A DNA stretch of 51,596 bases, the filler included, from Basidioascus undulatus (lineage: Eukaryota): the NCBI GenBank assembly GCA_000826855.1. It is 3 parts of 3 records of this genome, joined end to end, with 100 filler letters (N's around TTAATTAATTAA, not from the genome) between each part and the next. Parts side by side here need not be neighbours in the genome. Positions count along the whole stretch, not along the records: positions 17,272 to 34,424 come from JTLS01000548.1; positions 34,525 to 51,596 come from JTLS01000549.1; 1 more part is not named here. The stretch is one strand, 5' to 3'. The notes under the pieces are model-generated. The model saw nothing but the letters and a program-made list of their open reading frames with translations, had not been told where the DNA came from and searched no databases. The position numbers and the translations under genes were made by a program. Shown here piece after piece: positions 24,544-37,004 of the stretch; positions within the stretch are counted from its first letter, which is position 1, and each line of letters opens with the position of its first letter.

Positions 24544-27354
24544 TCACAGCTTCGACTTGAGCCCAGCAATCGGCTCGTAGTTGATGCCGAACAGGCGGTC
24601 TGTACGTTCTCCGTGGTATCAGCATCGGCCTATCGTGCTTGGTCGAGAAGCGACATGGCAGCGTACCGTCGGGCACGGACTGGGTATGCAGATGGATGGC
24701 AGAGGCGTCCACCATCTCGGGCGTCAGGTCCTCCAGCTTCGGGCAGCCGAGCAGACGGAGGGCCACTGCGAATTGGCACGCTTAGCCCCGGTCGTTTGAG
24801 AGCGCACGAAGCGAGACACTTACTCTCGAACTCATCCTTCAGGATGCTGTAGACGCAGAAATTATCAGCAAACTGAAACCGGCACTGGGACGAGACCACG
24901 TACTCCATAGCTCGCTCGCAACCCTCCTGGCCGTACGCGGAGTAGGCGTACAGGAATGGACCTGAAACGAGCCAGGGCGTCAGCACGCGATTTAACCGAT
25001 CCGCACAGGGGAACAAGGTATACATACGGCCAATACCAACAGCCTTCGCGCCGAGCGCAACAGCCTTGAGAACATCGCTCGCGCGGCGAACACCACCGTC
25101 GACGTACTGCCCGGACCGGCGGATGGTCAACTTCGCATTCTGACTGCTGAAAGCTTGAATACGCACAATCTCGAACTCAGGCTTGAAAAGGTTTCGCTTT
25201 TTGAGCTCGCATACGACTTCTACGAGGATCTCGATACCAGACCGGGCGAAATCCAACTGCCTTCCGCCGTGGTTGGAAAGTACGACCCCCTGGCAACCGG
25301 CCTGCTCAATTGCGGATTAGGACACGCTACCCAACTTTAATGACCAGCACCCATTCAAGCGCACCTCGGCAGCGAGCACCGCGTCCTCCCAGCATTGGAC
25401 ACTGCACATGAGAAGTTCAGCACGACATGCGCACGTGAGGTGAGAGGCGAGAGGTTGGAACGCACCCCTTCAGGATGATAGGCATGTTCGTGATCGACTT
25501 GAACCACTTCAGGTCGCGCCACGACAGGCCGGGGTCGATGAAGGATGAGATGGCGCGGGCGGCGCCCTGGGAGCGGTCGACCGTCTCGCCCGACTCGCGC
25601 TGCTCGTTCGAGCCCGCTGGATGAAGACAATCCAATGTTAGGTGAACCGAAGTAAAACAGGATGAGGTTACAAGAAGGAAGACGAACCGTCGTCGAACTT
25701 CATGCGCATGTCCTTCTCCCGCCGCCCAAGCTGCGGCGCGTCGACGGTGATGAAGAGGCCCTTGATCCCCCGCTTCTCGGCGCGCTTGACGATCCGCTCG
25801 GTGATGGCGCGGTCCTTGTTGACGTAGCTGAAATGCGAGAGACATTCAGCTGAATGCCCGAGATGAAATTAGATCGCGCTGGACCTACAGCTGCAGGAAC
25901 TGGACCTGATCGGGAGCGGCTGCGTCGCGGATTTCCTGTGAACGGGAGTCGACGTTAGCGTAGTCCTCTCGCTTGGGAAGTTTTTAAGGACCTACATCGA
26001 ACGAGCAAGACGCAAGGGTAGGGATCATCTGGATGACGTTGTGCTTCGCCGCGGCGCGGGTCAAGTTCAGCTCGCCGTCAGGGTGGCTGTCGAGGTGGCG
26101 GCAGCCCGTCAGCAATCTGCACCCTTCAGTAGACCAGCATGTGGAAGACGCACCCAAGCTTGCCGAGCGCAGTGGCGGTGATGTAGATGGGCATGGACGT
26201 CTTATGGCCGAGGATGGTGGATGAGAAGTCGACGTTCGTCACGTCCCGCAGCACCCGGGGACGGAACCAGACACTGTGCATGAGGAGTCAGCAATTTGCC
26301 AAGATGGAATTTGGTGGTGATGTTGCAGCATACCGGTGGTAGGCAGCGTGGTTCTTTGGAGGGTCCTTCTAGTCAGTGTCCCGTTCTTCAGCATTGTGAC
26401 TTGGAAGAATGAAGGTCGCACCTCGCGCATGGTAACCTCATCGTCAGCGCCCGAAGAGTAGTAGGCCCACGCCTTCTCGGGCCTGAAGATCGAGACGATC
26501 CGCGGTCAGCATCTCTATCGCGGAGCAAGCGTCCGGACGGGTCCTCACATAACTGTTCGCGCAACAGCCTCGAAGTCGTGCAAGCTCTGCAGCCGGAAGT
26601 TCAGCACTTATCTCCACAGTTCACAGACGCTGAGGGGACGTACCAGGCATTCAGACATCGGCGGCCGCCCGTCCATCCGCTTCTGCCGCTCCTTCTCCTC
26701 CTCCGTGATCTCCTTCACCTTCGCCTTCACCGTGTTCGGATCGACCTTGCCACTGCATGGAGAAGAGGCGTGAGATGCGGTACAACTAGGGGAGCGAGAG
26801 ACGCACAGATGCTTCTCCTTGGGCAGGTTCTCGGTGATGGCGTCGGGCGGGTGGACTGAACAAGCCAGGATAAGCCATCTCGCAGCGCAGGAACTCAATA
26901 AACAAGTTGCGTACTCGGGTCGTACTCCTCACTGTCACACGCAGCCTCTGCGTCAGAACACAGCCATTACCAGCCCCGAACTTCGAATACTCACGTAGCG
27001 TCCTGCCCCGCATACTTGAGAATGATCTTCGCGCCACCAGGGTGCTCAGGCAAGAACTCGGTACTGGTCGCCCAGCCCCGTTAGTAAGAGGCACTCCAGT
27101 CCTCCACAGAGCGACCTCGGCTCACACGTCGTAGACGTAGCCTGCGAGAGAGAGAGAGCGTGGGTCAGTCGGCTGCAACCGGCTCAGAAGACGAGGTCTC
27201 ACGCACCGTGGACGATGATCCAGCAGGACTCGCGGGTGTTGTGCTGAGCCACCTCCTCGGCCGTAATGAACGTCTCGTCAACGTTACTCTGAGATCCGAT
27301 CGTGGCGAGTAAGCGGTCTATCCAGCTCGCCCATTCCGGGAGAGATCTCACCAT
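24544..27354 (-). CDS. CYB2: Flavocytochrome b2 (cytochrome b5 domain + FMN-dependent L-2-hydroxyacid dehydrogenase), many exons, C-terminal SKL
   Basis: [33 protein letters not shown] heme domain; AWAYYSSGADDEVT, FRPRVLRDV, TVDAPQLGRREKDMR, PIILKG, VVLSNHGGRQLD, DGGVRRASDVLKAVALGA. Last exon DRLFGINYEPIAGLKSKL*. Confidence 0.9.
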
Positions 27355-28090
27355 GGCTGGCGATCTCGATAGGAATTCCTGAGCTGAACGGCGGGGATAT
27401 TGGAGCTGTATAGTCTCTGGCGTCTTCTCTCTGGCTCAAGAAGCTTTGTTGGTCGATAAGCTAGAAGAAGAAGACGCCCGCAAAAAGGATGCAGATAGAC
27501 GATGGCAGGACGGGGCACCCGTGGCAGGGGCAAGCGGCGTTGGGCAACTCGGCCCAGTTGAGTGGTCGCCTGACAAGCTTTCACCGGCCCGGTGTAACCT
27601 CCACAACGGCAAGAATCGGGGTCCCGCATGGGTCGATCATATTGATGCCTCCTCCGCGGAGTTTGTTTTTATACACGTGTTCTACAAGGCGTTGACGTCT
27701 TCTCCGGTGGAATGAGAGCTGCTTTCCTCGTAACTCAGCTTGTCCTTCGGCACTCGGTCTGTGCTCGGTGTTCTCAAGGCCGTGGAACATGGACCACAGA
27801 GTACGTATTTTGATTCTGGGCAAACTTCCACTCGCCATGGAAAACAGGTTGGGGTTCCCCGCGCAAATGTATGAAGGTTCGAAAGACACACATAACATCT
27901 TAGCGCAGGAGGAAACACAGAAATTATTCCTATCTAAGTATGAGAGAGAACATTAATAGATAATCAAACTGATCCGTAAAGCCGGCAATTTTAGTCGAAC
28001 GCCGAAGGGTGAGTCTACGCCGAGGGGTCGATGCCGCTGTGGGGAGCCAGTTAGCTGTCTGTCGATCACCCAAACGCTTCGGGACTGCAC

Positions 28091-31000
28091 TCACGGAGCG
28101 AACTTCGACATTTGACGAAGATGCTTGCCGTAGAAGAAAAAAATAGGAGGGATAGGGAGCATTACGACGGCGATGCTGCAGGAGTAGAAGGACAGCAAGT
28201 CAGCGGAAGGAAGAGCGCGCCTGAGATCGACTTGGGGGACTGACCATCCCAGCAGGGTCGATGCCCATTGAACTCCGAGGTTGTGAAACATCGCAGCAGT
28301 GAAGAGCGGGCTGGGAGGCATCATAGGGAGCAGTCAGCCTCAAGGCGTCAGTCGCGCAGTGGGAGGTTACGGGAACGCACAATCCAGCGCCGAAGAACGA
28401 CCGCTGCAGAAGAGGAGGTATAAACAACCAACTGGCGCTCTGAGTAGGGATATCTCAGCTCACCATGAATGTGTTTCCAGCAATTGCAGAGTTGGCGTGC
28501 ATGAGGTAGGCGTCGACGATCTGCACAGTTGTCCGCAAAGTCAGTCAGCGGTGCGCTGCCAACAGCCTCAGCGCAAGAGACGCACATAGTTAATCGCTTG
28601 AAGAAAGAGCAGCAGCACTCCGCATCCGACGCATCCGAGGAAAATCACTAAAAGCGGCCTGTCAGCCTAGGCACTGTTCTCTACTGCGGGAAGCGGACGC
28701 ACCAGACGGCACCCAAGTCTGCACGTAGTTGACGTCGGTCCAGCTACAAATGAAAAGTTAGAATCGGCGCACATCCCATGGTACTTTTAAACTCATCAGC
28801 TTACCCGAACCCGAACAGTCCGACCGCAAAGAAGACAGCCCCGATCGACATGGGGATCAGGCGCTCCTCGGGTACGGCGGGCAGACGCCCCGCGTGCATC
28901 TGGCGGTTGTAGCGGGGGACGAAGGCCCAGGTGATGCAGCACCTGGTGGACAGCCCATCAGTTGGCTTTAAATATATGAGCACAACTCGATTACTCACCC
29001 GATGAAAGCTCCGATGAAGACGGAGATGAACTGAGGTATGTCTGCTGTGAGTTTGCGCTCTTCTCCCGGGAGCTGAAGATTCACTTACCGGCAGCGACGC
29101 GACGCCCGGGCTCCAGCCCCGCTTTTGGGAGAACTCGATCGGCACGGCGCCGAAGAGGAGGTACAGGAGACCGTAGACGAAAGAGGTGCTGGACAATGAG
29201 GAGGTTGTTAGGAGGGCATGCGCGTCAGGTTTACCATGTCAGGAGGGCCGTGGACGTACTAGAGACTAGAGGGAGCCGGATGGGCGGGTTAGAGGAGGTG
29301 CTTAGATATGATGAGTGACAGATATCTCACGTGAGGAGGAAGACTGCGGGAAAAATGAGCGGGGGGATCAGCAACGACAAGCACTCGAGTGCGAGCTGAG
29401 AGTCAACGACATACGCATCGGTTCGAGGACAAGCATCAAAATAGGCCGGCTGCACGTAAGAGTGATCAGCTACGCGAATTACTTATGCGTGTCGGTGAAA
29501 CTCACCCAACGAAGTCCGTAAGGATCGACTTCGGCTCGAACTGCTTCTCGTCGAGCTTCGCATGGATCGCCCAGTTCTTGGTCTCATAGCGGATCTTCTT
29601 CGCTTTACCTGTTGGTACATCACGTTCAGTATCGTGGGTAAAGGTAATGAAAGTTTCAGGAAGACGTATGAGACAGCAGGACGGGCACGTAGCTCTCCTC
29701 GTACAGAAAGACGCAGAGCACGACCATCCCAAAGCCCCATATTGCGGTCCTGCGATGGGTGGTGATGCCCATGAGCGTTGCTTTGAAGAACAAGTAATCC
29801 GACCGTCACTCACAAGTATGCAGTCCACCTCCAGCCCAGGTAGCCTGCCGACAGTAGTGTCAGTTCGGCTGCCCACGTCTTGGGAGTGGATTGATGCTTA
29901 CTTTCGGTCACAAAGTTGCCAATGACGGGACCCAGCGCAGGGCCACCGAAAGTAGCGATCTGCACATAAGAATCAGCCGGCAGCCGTGCAAATATGCCAT
30001 CTTCGGATGACACTCACAGCGAACCTGCACATGATAGTCAGCATGGGACCTCGCCGTGTGAGTTTCAAAGACCTCGCCGTTCCGTCTTTTTGAAACTCAC
30101 ACGGCGATAGCTGCTCCGCGTAGCTCGGCTTCCCAGAAGTCACTGCACAAAACCGGTCGTCAGCGATTTACGAGTGGACAAAGATTTCTGGTCAGCTTAC
30201 GAGAGCGCGCCTCCGACAATGGCCAGCGGGCCGGACGCGAACACCCTGTGCACTAAGCATGAATATCGCGGTTTCGTAGAGTACAAGGGTTTAGGAAGCA
30301 ACTCAACCCTCCAAAGAAGCGACAGACTAGACACAGCAAGGTCAGCAATATGCAAAGTAAACACCCGGAAGACTCTCGTTCGCCAGCATCACTATGCACG
30401 AGCCGTTCAAAGATTGACTTACTCATGATTGTGTGCAGGTTCTGCGCGACCGCAACAGGAATGTTGAATATGGCAAACGCCAAGTAGGACACTATCAATG
30501 GGATCTGGCGGCCTCTACATGAGAGACGTTCTTTAGTGACTGTGCACATCGGAAGCGGACGAATAGACACGTACTGAAACTCGGAGAGCGGTCCCCTGAA
30601 TTATAGGATTAGTATACCTGCCAAGAATATGAGAAATAAAATGTGTCCGCACCATATTAAGGGTCCGACCGCCTGCAAGAGCATTAATGTCAGCAATAGC
30701 GACATACGCTCAGACTGAGGAACGCACATAGCCCAATACGAAAAGACTGGTTCCTGCGGTGATCAAAGCTGTTCAGCCAAAACAGCTTATATCTGGAAAA
30801 GAGTTGCCACGAAACGCACCAAGGGTGCCCACAACCGTTGAAACTCCGAACTGAGCGGCTACGACGCTCGTTGCCGAAGAGAAGACGGCTGTGGACATCT
30901 TTTGTCAGCTTGCGATAAGAGCACACACCAGTAAATGGAAATAATCGCACAAGATGCAAATGTTCTGCGAAGTAAAATGGCGGGAGGAGGCGTTCAAAAT

Positions 31001-31556
31001 GAGCTGAAGAACCGGGTTCGGTGTACGGGGAACGTACACGACAAGAGTAGTGAGGCCAAGTAGTAATGTTTGCCCAATCTTTTTTCGCAAGGGCCAGTTC
31101 TACGGAATCCGGCGATATCAGTCAGTCCAGGTCAGGGAAATCCGACAAGTACAAGTACAGCGGAGTGGATCAGCAACGAGCCGGCCGTACCTGGGGATTG
31201 AGGGGGTCGTCCGGGCCATCGAAAATGATAAGATTCGGATCGCGCTCCCTCTCCTTTTCTTCCGGCTGCCCGCACTCATGTGCCTGGACATCTGTCCGAG
31301 AATTAAGAGAGTAGATGCCGATCGAAGATGCTCGAGAACGGCCGCGGGGTCGCCCGAGGGCGGGAGTTCGCCGACCACCTTCGACGTCTGCGGGCAAGGT
31401 GGTGGACTGCCCGACGGGTGTGTTGTAGTGATACGGCTTGGAGTCATTGCGATGCTTCGTTGCTGAGGTCGGCGAGGGACGCGATGCTGCGGTTGTGGTG
31501 GAAGACACCGGTGACGGAGGCCTTGATTCAGGCACTGGCTGGAGGTGTTGAGACAT
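28091..31556 (-). CDS. MFS drug:H+ antiporter (DHA1 family), very intron-rich
   Basis: IFDGPDDPLNPQ|NWPLRKK, GPLIWGPLSE..GRQ, VAVAQNLHTI..CRFFGG, GGALSDFWEAELRGAAI, GPALGPVIG, LGWRWT, PEERLIPM, PLFTAAMFHNLGVQWASTLLG. Confidence 0.88.
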
Positions 31557-32915
31557 GGTTGAATTTCGAGGTCAGCGTTGCGGAGAGATGTAAAAAGGCC
31601 GGTCTTGAGCAATGTCGTGAAGGTAAGGATCGAAGAGAATGGGAAGCGTCAGCGAGGGGTTTTGTCACAAGACCGCACGGCACGGTGCTTGCAAATCTCG
31701 ACCGATTCCTCCAGGCACGGCCGGGCTGCCGGTAGCGTCACTGGCGATGGCTTGATGGTAATGACGCAAAGGTCTACAACATTAGAAACCACCCTCGCGA
31801 GGTGTACAAACTTTTGGGTCGCGAGTAGTCTCGGGGGCCGAGTGGGGGTGGGAACTTCGCCAGATGACGACGATTCGCCGCCGCCGCTGAGGGAGAGTGG
31901 AGCTCGATGACAGGCGTCCCCATGGATCAGCCAGGTTTGAAAGGTCTGTATCATACGTCTCCCTCTTGAGAATGATACTTCTTATTCATATTCATAAGGA
32001 TGTCAAGCCATGCAAGGCCTGCCAGGCGTTGGAAGGCAAAGGGGCAGATGGGCAACTTGGGTTTTGCTTCCCTCAGAGAACAGGACTCATCGTGGTCGAG
32101 TTGCGAACCTGCCTGCAGTCCTTCATAGGCTGGAAGTCTTTATCAATCTCAACTGGAAAGCTACACCCAACATCCCATTGCATCAAATGATCCAAGTAAT
32201 GACTGCTATCTCCTCACCGCGCTGAGGGCGTCGCAAGATGGCCGCCATTCGATGCTCGCTTCCAGCGGATGCACCTCATTTTATCAATCCGTAGGTTCGA
32301 AATAGAAAGTTTTCTTATCCGATCCAGAGGAACCTACAAGGCATGTACTCCCGCTGGCGAGCCTCGCGGGAGTGGCTGGTGATGCTGCCGCTGTCATGGG
32401 CCTTGAAAGCAACACCTGCACGGATGCGTGGTTACGAGCAGCAGCTCACGAATAAGCACGAGGCGAACTAAGTCTCCTGCTTTTATAATTGATTGCTCCA
32501 ATTAGGATGAGCAGGATAAGCACGTTCGCAACTGCGAGACAAACTGCAAGACAGAACTGCGAGACAGCGAGTCCGTTCTTGTCGTGTAACACTTTCGTGA
32601 TGCTATTTCTAAGCATAAAGGGCCAAGGCCTGGAAATCTTCCCTGTATCCGAAAGCTGAAAGCTGGGTGATCCTGACTTGATGGCGGGAAGAGACAAGGC
32701 GGCTGATGCGGGAGGCGACCGCACCTATCCGCTTTCGATGCCGCCACGCCTCTCGGAACGGTATTAGGCCCGTCTCATTTTTGTGGCTACTCACTCATCA
32801 GGACGCGGACGCCCCTTCACCTTAGATGTTCGACCTCACGCTTACTTAGACCTCGACGAGCGAGACCTCGGCATGAACTCCCATCACCTCTCACACCGAC
32901 TCGGGGACGCCGGCA

Positions 32916-34424
32916 ATGAGCGAGCCAGACACCTCCTCCTCCGCCTCCTCCTCCTCGAGGGTGACCCACAGCGACGACGCTTCTATCAACAAAGACTGCT
33001 CCCCCGACGGCATGAAGGGCAGCGAGTACTCGAACGACAGCTTCGAGGGCGTCGAGCCCGCCCCGAGCATCATCGTCTCTATCCACACCCTCGACCCCGC
33101 ACATCCGCGCAATCTCGGCAGGGTGCGGATCTCTCTTTCTCCTGAGAATTTCAATATGGGTAGAGCTGACATGGGGATGTGTTGGGCAGTTCCGCAAATT
33201 CGCTATCCTGATCGCCGTGAGCCTGTCTGGCTTCCTCTCCAGCTATTCCGCCGCGGCGCACCTTACTGGTGCGTAACAAAGCTCCTTACACTGTGCGAGC
33301 TGTAGGAAATTGCTAACGCTCTCAACCCCTCTATAAAGCCTTCCCGGAGATGGTACGTTCTTCTCCCCGTTCTTCTGGTTTCGTTCTGACGATCAGCGGT
33401 GCACAGTCCGCGTTCTTCAAAGTCAGCGTCGCATCGATAGCGAACACGATCGGCCTGTCGCTGCTTGGGATGTCTGTAGGGGTGAGTTACGCTCTCTTTG
33501 TGGTCATCTGAATCGTCCGGGTGGCAGGTTACAAGACGCTGATCGGAGGACGTCCGCAGCCGCTGCTCATCTGGAACCCCCTCTCCATCACCATCGGTCG
33601 TCGACCGACATACCTCATCTCCTCCTTCCTCCTCATCCCCTGTCAAGTATGGCTGTAAGTTTTTCCAAACACTCTGTCCCAAAGCGTTCGCATCCGCACT
33701 GACACGAACCCCTTGTCAGTGCCCGCTCAACCACCTTTGACTGTGCGTGTTCTGATCTTATCACGCAACGGAGCTTCACTTACATTTTTCTGGCAGCTTT
33801 CGCCGCCGCGCGTTTCTTCGCCGGACTGTACGTGACTCTTTCAGCAGCCTGCGTGAAAACATCCTCCTCACTTGCCGCTCATCACAGCATAAGCTCGGCC
33901 GGCCTCACCCTACCCCCTACCACCATCGCCGATATCTACCCAAAAGAAGTTCGGTGAGTTTGATTATTACGACTTTCCCAAAGATAAAAGAACTGGGCGC
34001 TGAACCGATCTCCTTCTCAAAAACAGTGGCGACAAGGTCCGTTTCTCCTCCTCGACCTCCCGCCGCGACGCTGACTTGCATTCCATCAGGTGGCCGTCTT
34101 CGCGACTTTCATGACAATGTGAGTATATCTCTCCCTCTCCCCCTTCTTAAAAATAACTTAAAAATAACTCAACCACAAATTCCGCAGTGCCCCAGCCGTG
34201 GCACCCCTCGTATGCGGCTTCGTAGTCGCCCACCTAACATGGCAGGTACGCCCCGCCCCGTCTGCCCACCTCCCCCCACACCTCACAAGCCAACTAATCA
34301 CCACCGCCCACATAGTGGGTATACTACAACGTCCTCATCATGTCCGGCCTCCAGTCCGTCTTCTCCTCCTCCCCCACACCGCACTCCGCTCTCTCTCAAC
34401 ACCCGCGCACCCCCCGCTCCCGAC
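32916..34424 (+). CDS. MFS transporter, 3'-truncated by the contig end
   Basis: LDPAHPRNL, IANTIGLSLLGMSVG|PLLIWNPLSITIGRRPTYLISS, FAAARFFAGL, PPTTIADIYPKEVRG, APAVAPLVCGFV..TWQ|WVYY, joined by canonical GT-AG introns. Start codon uncertain. Confidence 0.75.
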
Positions 34425-34524
34425 NNNNNNNNNNNNNNNNNNNNNNNNNNNNNNNNNNNNNNNNNNNNTTAATTAATTAANNNNNNNNNNNNNNNNNNNN
34501 NNNNNNNNNNNNNNNNNNNNNNNN
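34425..34524. other. Artificial contig spacer (44 N + TTAATTAATTAA + 44 N)
   Basis: Same structure as 17172-17271, linker at 34469-34480. Confidence 0.97.
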
Positions 34525-34534
34525 CGCAACAACT

Positions 34535-36319
34535 CTAATACCGCCCCTCCCCCCATCCCCCCTGTTGCCCCTGCGGCGGATAAGCGCCCCCCGGGGACGC
34601 AGCATAGTAGTTGCTCGGCCCCGCCTTGCCCGAAGCGCTGGCGTGGCCGTCGTCCGAATGGAGCGCGTGAGCGGGCCCCGCGGAGGCGAGGAGCGGGTCC
34701 TTGACTTCCCAGACGGCGGCTTTGGACCCGACGGAGAACTCGAGGTCCTCGCGCGTGATGGAGTCGTAGTACTTGTAGACCTGTCGATGGGAAGAGGTGA
34801 GGAGAGAGGAAGGGGGTGGAGAGGGAGAAGAAGGCACGCACCATCATTACTGCGAGGAGGAAGCAGAGCGTGGAGAAGAAGAGGCCGTCGATGTAGTGCT
34901 GTTTTCCTCCACATCCATCAATTTCCTCCTCACCGACAGGGATTTGCAAGATAAAGTTAAGGCGCACCTTGACAGCATCGCAAATCGTCACTGAAAACGC
35001 GAGCATCACGACCACCCCAATGACGAAGAACCCCACGCCGAACAAGATGTCGCCGATAGGCCAGCGGTCTTCCAGGGTGCGGACGACGAGGATGAGCTGG
35101 GCGCCGACGTAGACGACGACGCAGAGGAGGTGGAAGATGAAGGTCATGATCCAGAGCGCGATCGGCTTGAGCGGGTCGAACCCGGAGATGTTCTTGAAGG
35201 TCGCGATGGAGATGAAGAATTGGAGGGCCCAGATGAAGAGGGTTGAGAGGCGGAGGATCTGCGGCGGGGAAAGGGCGGTGGTCGGTGAATCGGAGAGGAA
35301 GCAAAAGCGGGTCGGTCGGGGGCGGGGTGGCGGGGAAGGCGAAGAAGTAGGGCAGTAGGATAGGGAAGCGGGTCGGTTAATCGGCGAGTGGGACAACGGA
35401 AGACGCGGAGGGAGAAAACGCGCCGGGAGAGTGGGAAGCGCAACGCACCCAGAGCGACACCGGCGTCCCGTCCTCAGCGAATTGGAAGCCCACAAAGCCG
35501 TTGAGCATCAAACACCAGAACGTCGCTGCCACGCAGCCCATGTAAATTGCCGCGAACCACTGAGGATCCACCGCACACGTCAGCGATCGAATCGGAAAAA
35601 AGAGGAAGCAAAGATGGCAGGGAGGAGGTTGAGGAAGGGGGGAGACCCACAGGATACACGTTCGACGCGGTAGGGATGATGGCGGAGTCGAGGAAGATGG
35701 CGAGGATCTCATCGAGCGCGTAGAGGTAAAAGAAGTAGAGGATCTCTTTCCGGCCTGTTCGTCCATCCCCCTCCAGGTCAGATCACACCCGCACCAGGGA
35801 AACGAAGCGACGAAGAAGGGGCGGAGGACGGGAGAGGGGACGAGGGGAGAGCAGGGGAGGGTGAGGATGGGGGGGAGTGAAGAAGGGACGCACCGACTGC
35901 AGTGTACTTTGTGCGGATGTGGTAGACCATGATCGCGGTCATGATGAGCGCTACGATGTGGATGAAGCAGGTTGCTGTACGGGGCCACCGGGGGGAGAGA
36001 GGAAGGGGTTCAGCTTGCGGATCGGGGGGTTGGGGAGGAGGGTATCGCGGTGTTTCTGGGTCGCAGCTCCCTCTTTCCTCACTCTCCAGCAGCATTGTTC
36101 CCAATCACCCGCTCTCAGCTCCACAAGCCCCAGGTCCAAGCTACCGTGCCCCTCGAAGTGCGCGCCGGACTGACCAGGCTGAAAGAGGAGCGTCCCGCCA
36201 ACTTCGACATTGCGCGAGTAGCACGTGGGCTCGACGCCCTGCTCTGTGCCGACGAGCGGGCAGACGACCATCGCGGCCGTCTCGCACACCTCGGTGAACG
36301 ACCCGAACGCGAGGGGCAT
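34535..36319 (-). CDS. CHS7: Chitin synthase export chaperone (ER membrane), multi-exon
   Basis: [92 protein letters not shown]. Confidence 0.93.
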
Positions 36320-37004
36320 GGTGTTCCGGGGCTTTGGGTGTGGGTCGGAGGGTAGGGCCGCGGGGAGGGGGGGACAGGCGCGCCCCGAGGAGAGGGAAGA
36401 AAGAAAGGACTGTGAGAGGACGGGAACGAGGAATAGTAGTGTGGGGGATTGGTGGGAGGAGGAGGAGCGGGCGTGGAGAGTGAGGAGTGAGAGCGGAGGA
36501 AAGGAGCAACAAGCGAGCGAGCGATCAGCCCTGGCCCACTAGTCTCTAGCTAGTACACCGCGACCGACTCGGGCACGTTGCCCTTGCCCTCCGCCCCTCA
36601 CCATCCACCACGCCTTCGTACCTCATCCATCATCCAAATGTGAGTCCGGATTATCTTTTCTCTCGAGACAAGATAAGACAACATGCATGAGACCACACAC
36701 GAGCGGACAAAGATGACTTCCCGCTATTTCATCCTTGTTCTTCGAGTCCGGGTGCGCGAACATCTCGAGAGAGATGGACGCGCCGCGCTAGGCGAGGAGG
36801 AGAACTGCGAGGCTGCCCCTCTCTGAGAGGGGTGAAGACTGAGTCCGCTTTCAGGAGGGGAAGCATGAGGGGTTGCGGGGTTGTTGAGGAGTAGAAGACC
36901 AGGCTGACGATGCGGGAGAGGGGTAGGACGTGATGCGGTGCGGTGAGTTGAGGAGGGTAGGGCGTCGTTCGTTGAAGGGGATGGGCATGTCGAACATGTG
37001 ATCT

